Assembly: GCA_030550585.1 (NCBI GenBank)
Contig: JAUQPB010000005.1
Location: 36,962-100,961 of the forward strand
Direction of reading: 5' to 3'
From: Thermoproteota archaeon
GTDB taxonomy: Archaea > Thermoproteota > Thermoprotei_A > Sulfolobales > Ignisphaeraceae
Length of the DNA stretch: 64,000 bases
Under the pieces are notes generated by a model that saw only the letters and a program-made list of their open reading frames with translations, searched no databases and was not told the DNA's origin. The translations under genes and the position numbers were made by a program. Below are positions 60,748-64,000 of the stretch, in pieces (positions within the stretch are counted from its first letter, which is position 1; each line of letters starts with the position of its first letter).

Positions 60748-61236
60748 TCAACTGGTTTGTGGTTCACTATTTGTACAGCTTCTCAAAAGCCTTTTCTTAG
60801 AGGAGTAGAAAAGACTCCAATTCACCTTGTATCCATACTCTATCTCTAGACGGCGAAGAAAATACATCAATTCGTTGATGCCCTTCACCAACTCACTGCA
60901 ATTAAACATCCAGTAGGACGCTAATGGGCATTCCGAATCAAATCTAATTCCAGTATCTTCATCGTATATGAGTGGGTATATTCTACAGCCAAGAGGTCTC
61001 GCATCGTAGATGCGACAACTACCAGAAGACTCGTCGAGAAATATGCAGCGTCCATCGACATTCCTCAGCCTAATGAAAGAGTCCCGCAGCTCAGCAAAAT
61101 CGTCGCATCTATAGCCCAAACCCTCTATCCTCTCCAAGTCACATCTAAGCAAAATCATTTCTGTGTTTCTACAACAACGCAAACACGTTCTGCAATACGT
61201 GTGTTCAAACACCATACCACTAACCAAATGCATCAA
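60748..61236 (-). CDS. YkgJ-family cysteine-cluster protein
   Basis: CxxCxxCC, CIFL, C.IY..RP..CR.YP and C-terminal CP. Confidence 0.88.
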   Translation of the reverse strand: MMHLVSGMVFEHTYCRTCLRCCRNTEMILLRCDLERIEGLGYRCDDFAELRDSFIRLRNVDGRCIFLDESSGSCRIYDARPLGCRIYPLIYDEDTGIRFDSECPLASYWMFNCSELVKGINELMYFLRRLEIEYGYKVNWSLFYSSKKRLLRSCTNSEPQTS

Positions 61237-61443
61237 TCAGCTGGTATCTGAATATTTATAGAGTATCTATTTTAGCTATTGTTGCATAGGTAATCAGTTT
61301 TGTATGCCAGTTCCACCATGCAGTCTAGGAAACTGCGTATGCACCACGGCATTTGCTTGAAACGACTGTGTTTATTACCGTATGAAAGACAGAGATAATT
61401 AGCTAGGCTATCTCTAAATAAGCTATGTAGCTGAGGTGGCAAT

Positions 61444-62439
61444 GTGATGAATAGAGGGCCTAGCTATACAATCTACGTAGAGGAACTGGACAAGGTGATA
61501 AACTTTGTTGACAGAGAGGATGAGGCTCTATGGTTTAGAGACATTGTTTCTAGGGGTACAGCATTTCCTGTGACTATCTATGGCCCTGAGGGATGCGGAA
61601 AAACAGCGTTTCTTAGGTATATGGTTAGAGGGCTTGGTGTAAGCAGAGACATGGTTATTGTTTACGTGGATGCTCTAGAGCATTTCGATGTTGGAAAAGC
61701 CTTGTTTGCATCATACAAAGAGGTCTTTGAATTTATACAGGATCTAATTTCAATACCGCTGGGAGCTTCAATAGCTAGGGCTATTATGTCTGTTGTCAGC
61801 AGATTTGCTCAGAGAATTGGGTTGGAGGGCAAGTCCGTGGTTGTTGTTCTCGATGATGTGTATAGAGCTATAGGTTTGGATGAGGTGGATAGATATACAA
61901 AGTCTCTCTATGAATGGATTGGCTATCTACATGAAAGATACAAGGCATCGAACGTAGCCATAGTTCTAACAACCTCTGAGGGCATGTCAAAGAGGATTCT
62001 ATCCAAACACACATATGTATCCATATACATGATGTGGAACCTGCCTAAGAAAAGCTTTGAAGAGTTCGTCGAGCAGCTGAATCCACATATAGATGCCGAA
62101 GCCATTTGGATGCACACCGGAGGCAATCCACGGGCAACCATAGACCTGGCAAGACATGGCTGGAGCATCGACAAGTGGCTTAGCAAAATCTACGAGGATA
62201 GAATCAGAAGAGCTGTACACATAATCGGAAGAGACAAAATCCTCCAACTTGCAGAAAATCCAGACTTTGATTGGGCAATAGCCGAGAAACTCGAAGAGCT
62301 AAACCTTATGATAGAACTTAGAAGAAGTTCCGCCATAAGCCAAATACCTAAGAAAGACCTTGACCTCGGCATAGGCGAGGAGTGGGCATGGCAAATACCG
62401 GCATACAGATATGCAATCACACGATTCGCAAAAAGCTAA
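61444..62439 (+). CDS. Archaeal P-loop ATPase (ATPase_2-like)
   Basis: FVDRE, YGPEGCGKTA, LDDV..AIG, TTSEG, TGGNPR and AWQ.P. Confidence 0.88.
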   Translation: MMNRGPSYTIYVEELDKVINFVDREDEALWFRDIVSRGTAFPVTIYGPEGCGKTAFLRYMVRGLGVSRDMVIVYVDALEHFDVGKALFASYKEVFEFIQDLISIPLGASIARAIMSVVSRFAQRIGLEGKSVVVVLDDVYRAIGLDEVDRYTKSLYEWIGYLHERYKASNVAIVLTTSEGMSKRILSKHTYVSIYMMWNLPKKSFEEFVEQLNPHIDAEAIWMHTGGNPRATIDLARHGWSIDKWLSKIYEDRIRRAVHIIGRDKILQLAENPDFDWAIAEKLEELNLMIELRRSSAISQIPKKDLDLGIGEEWAWQIPAYRYAITRFAKS

Positions 62440-62849
62440 ACACAGCATTGAACAAGCATTTATTAGAGGCTTTTAGCTTTGAAAGCCATGGCTATTGCTT
62501 AATACCATTGCAAAACCTCTTTTCAGAGATGCTGAACCAGGGAAGGCATCGATGTATAAATTTTTAGATTAGACAATATGCTAAACACAATGTAGTTATG
62601 ATTTTGGATGATACAACCGCTGAAAAGAATTTGGACACCATTGCCAAGTGTCCTGTCAGAGAAGGTATGGGTAACAACATCAAAAGAGATATATTTAAAC
62701 ACAATATCAAAGGCTATTAGCAGATATGGTGCCATAGATGCTGTATCCAGCAATGTCTCAATCTATGTAGTCAAACCTGGATTCAACGAAAAAGCGAAGA
62801 GGAGTTTCACAGCATATATTGAGATGTCCTCAACTCCATAGAGATTGTG

Positions 62850-62889
62850 TGGCGGGCCCGGAGGATTCGAACCTCCGACCACCGACTTC
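62850..62889 (-). mobile_element. tRNA 3'-half remnant (Arg-like), putative attachment site of an integrated element
   Basis: Minus strand GAAGTCGG-TGGTC-GGAGG-TTCGAAT-CCTCC-GGGCCC-G-CCA has a T-arm, acceptor strand and CCA but no D-arm or 5' half. Confidence 0.75.
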
Positions 62890-63031
62890 AGTGGCTTTGC
62901 TTCTCTGCTTTTCGTATGTATTCGCTACATAGTTCTAGTATTCCCTTGTAGTCGTCTGATGAGATATCGTCTCCTACTCTAAGCTCTAGGAGGCTTCTAC
63001 ACTCTTCTTCGCCGAGCCTGAGCCTGGCCAT
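62888..63031 (-). CDS. 47-aa hypothetical protein ending at the att-like site
   Basis: SD GGTGA before ATG 63031; MARLRLGEEECRSLL...KQSH; its stop abuts the tRNA remnant. Confidence 0.4.
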   Translation of the reverse strand: MARLRLGEEECRSLLELRVGDDISSDDYKGILELCSEYIRKAEKQSH

Positions 63032-63092
63032 GGGTTCACCACTTACTTGTTTACTGTTGCTCACATAATTATGCCTTGCCGGCTCTTGGTTA

Positions 63093-63383
63093 GTGGGGAG
63101 CGCAGTGTCTCTTGTTGTGGAGAGTGATAGGAGCGTTGAAGCAGGGGTGAAGCAGAGGTACACAGTGTACGTAAAGCCATCGAAGAAGGTAGTCGTTACC
63201 AGACCGGGTTCAGAAGCAAGCGTATCATTACATGTAGAGTCGAACACCAGTCTAGAAGTCCACTTATTCGTCGAGGGACTAGAGCCGACCATAGCAACCT
63301 ACACTCTTTCACCGCAGAGGGAATATATACCGTTCACTTCGAGCCTGGAGCTCCTAGTGTCGCATAACGTTATAATAAACTAA
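63093..63383 (+). CDS. Hypothetical beta-rich (Ig-like?) protein, possibly a truncated fragment
   Basis: 96-aa ORF with alternating beta-strand pattern; ends abruptly in AT-rich DNA. Confidence 0.4.
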   Translation: MGSAVSLVVESDRSVEAGVKQRYTVYVKPSKKVVVTRPGSEASVSLHVESNTSLEVHLFVEGLEPTIATYTLSPQREYIPFTSSLELLVSHNVIIN

Positions 63384-63446
63384 TAATAAAAATAACTAGA
63401 TATATGGTCTTGAAAATTGGGAAAAAATAGAAAATGAGTTGGGATA

Positions 63447-64000
63447 TTAGCTGTTGCTAAAGCTTATTGTTACTGGGATATTCCAATGAACCGAGTAATC
63501 CCACTCCCACCAACACCAGAACAAGAAACAACTCTGGTACCAATGTCTGAATCCAGCAGCAGGGCCAAGTTCTATTGTATACGTTTGAGTGCCTGGATAT
63601 GTTGGATATGTTTTGATATAAGCTACTGTAATTTCAAATGTCCATGCAGCTCCTAGTTCTGCAGAACTTGGTGGAGGTTCGTTGCAGTGCCAGAACTCCC
63701 AATGGCTCTTGGGGTAAACGTCTGTTAGAGACCATGATACACCATTTGCGCGCCATGATGTTGACTGAGTATAGCTCGCAGTGATGGCTGGCCCATTCTT
63801 AGATATTGAAGCTGATACGCTAAACGTTTCACTCCAACTTTGTGCACAACTTGTTTGAGATGACTGCGGAATCAAGTTGTAAATGCCAAAGACACCATAT
63901 TTATCATAGATATATGGGCCAACGCCTCCACCAGTAGCACTTTGACCTGCTTTTCCAGCAACAGTAAATCCATCATTATTGCTTGAGGGATTTACAGGAT
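63447..64000 (-). CDS. C-terminal part of a Ser/Thr/Trp-rich, probably extracellular protein (5' end outside window)
   Basis: Frame is open from 63998: PVNPSSNNDGFTVAGK...IYNLIPQSSQTSCAQSWSETFSVSASISKNGPAITASYTQSTSW...SCFLFWCWWEWDYSVHWNIPVTISFSNS. Confidence 0.75.
   Translation of the reverse strand, partial: PVNPSSNNDGFTVAGKAGQSATGGGVGPYIYDKYGVFGIYNLIPQSSQTSCAQSWSETFSVSASISKNGPAITASYTQSTSWRANGVSWSLTDVYPKSHWEFWHCNEPPPSSAELGAAWTFEITVAYIKTYPTYPGTQTYTIELGPAAGFRHWYQSCFLFWCWWEWDYSVHWNIPVTISFSNS

Noticed and set aside
62608-62841. 77-aa ORF next to the att-like site
   Set aside because: No recognisable motif or clear SD; it may be a gene remnant but cannot be supported.
62850-62925. Intact tRNA gene
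   Set aside because: Only the 3' half is present; upstream on the minus strand there is no D-arm or GGGCCCG acceptor strand within normal distance.
62850-62951. int(C) integrase fragment reading out of the att site on the + strand
   Set aside because: The frames stop quickly and show no tyrosine-recombinase motifs.
62888-63292. 134-aa minus-strand ORF as a single gene
   Set aside because: Its 5' two-thirds is antisense to 63093..63383; only the SD-led part from ATG 63031 looks gene-like.

Overview
Gene-dense chromosomal window from a hyperthermophilic crenarchaeon. It looks Desulfurococcales/Ignisphaera-like, inferred from gene content (PurP, archease, DUF2139-like, paREP-like coiled-coil nuclease, ThyX), many TTG/GTG starts, GGTGA Shine-Dalgarno motifs and TATA/BRE promoters. 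Most genes are metabolic or for cofactors: MetE core, ThyX, PncA, ProC, Icd, PurP, IorAB with two PaaK-like ligases, fused ACD, NfnAB/SudAB, GH3, BirA-BioY-ECF, ThiI, QueT-ECF-QueC and PdxST. No CRISPR array, rRNA or intact tRNA was seen. Most notable: (1) two convergent paaK paralogues share four perfectly identical blocks (613 bp in total) that alternate with divergent segments, making the iorAB/symporter interval potentially invertible and the ligases shufflable; (2) two unrecognised ~71-72 aa two-cysteine paralogues lie 35 kb apart in AT-rich gaps, each with GTATAC-core palindromes upstream; (3) a threonine-synthase-fold protein that lacks the PLP lysine and carries a C-terminal wHTH is coupled to pdxST and has a +1 frameshift near its start; (4) a tRNA-Arg-like 3' half (att-like) at the right end is followed by a partial ORF resembling a beta-pore-forming-toxin stem; (5) a box C/D sRNA; (6) probable non-canonical start codons. 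All family calls come from motif recognition by eye; no database searches were run.
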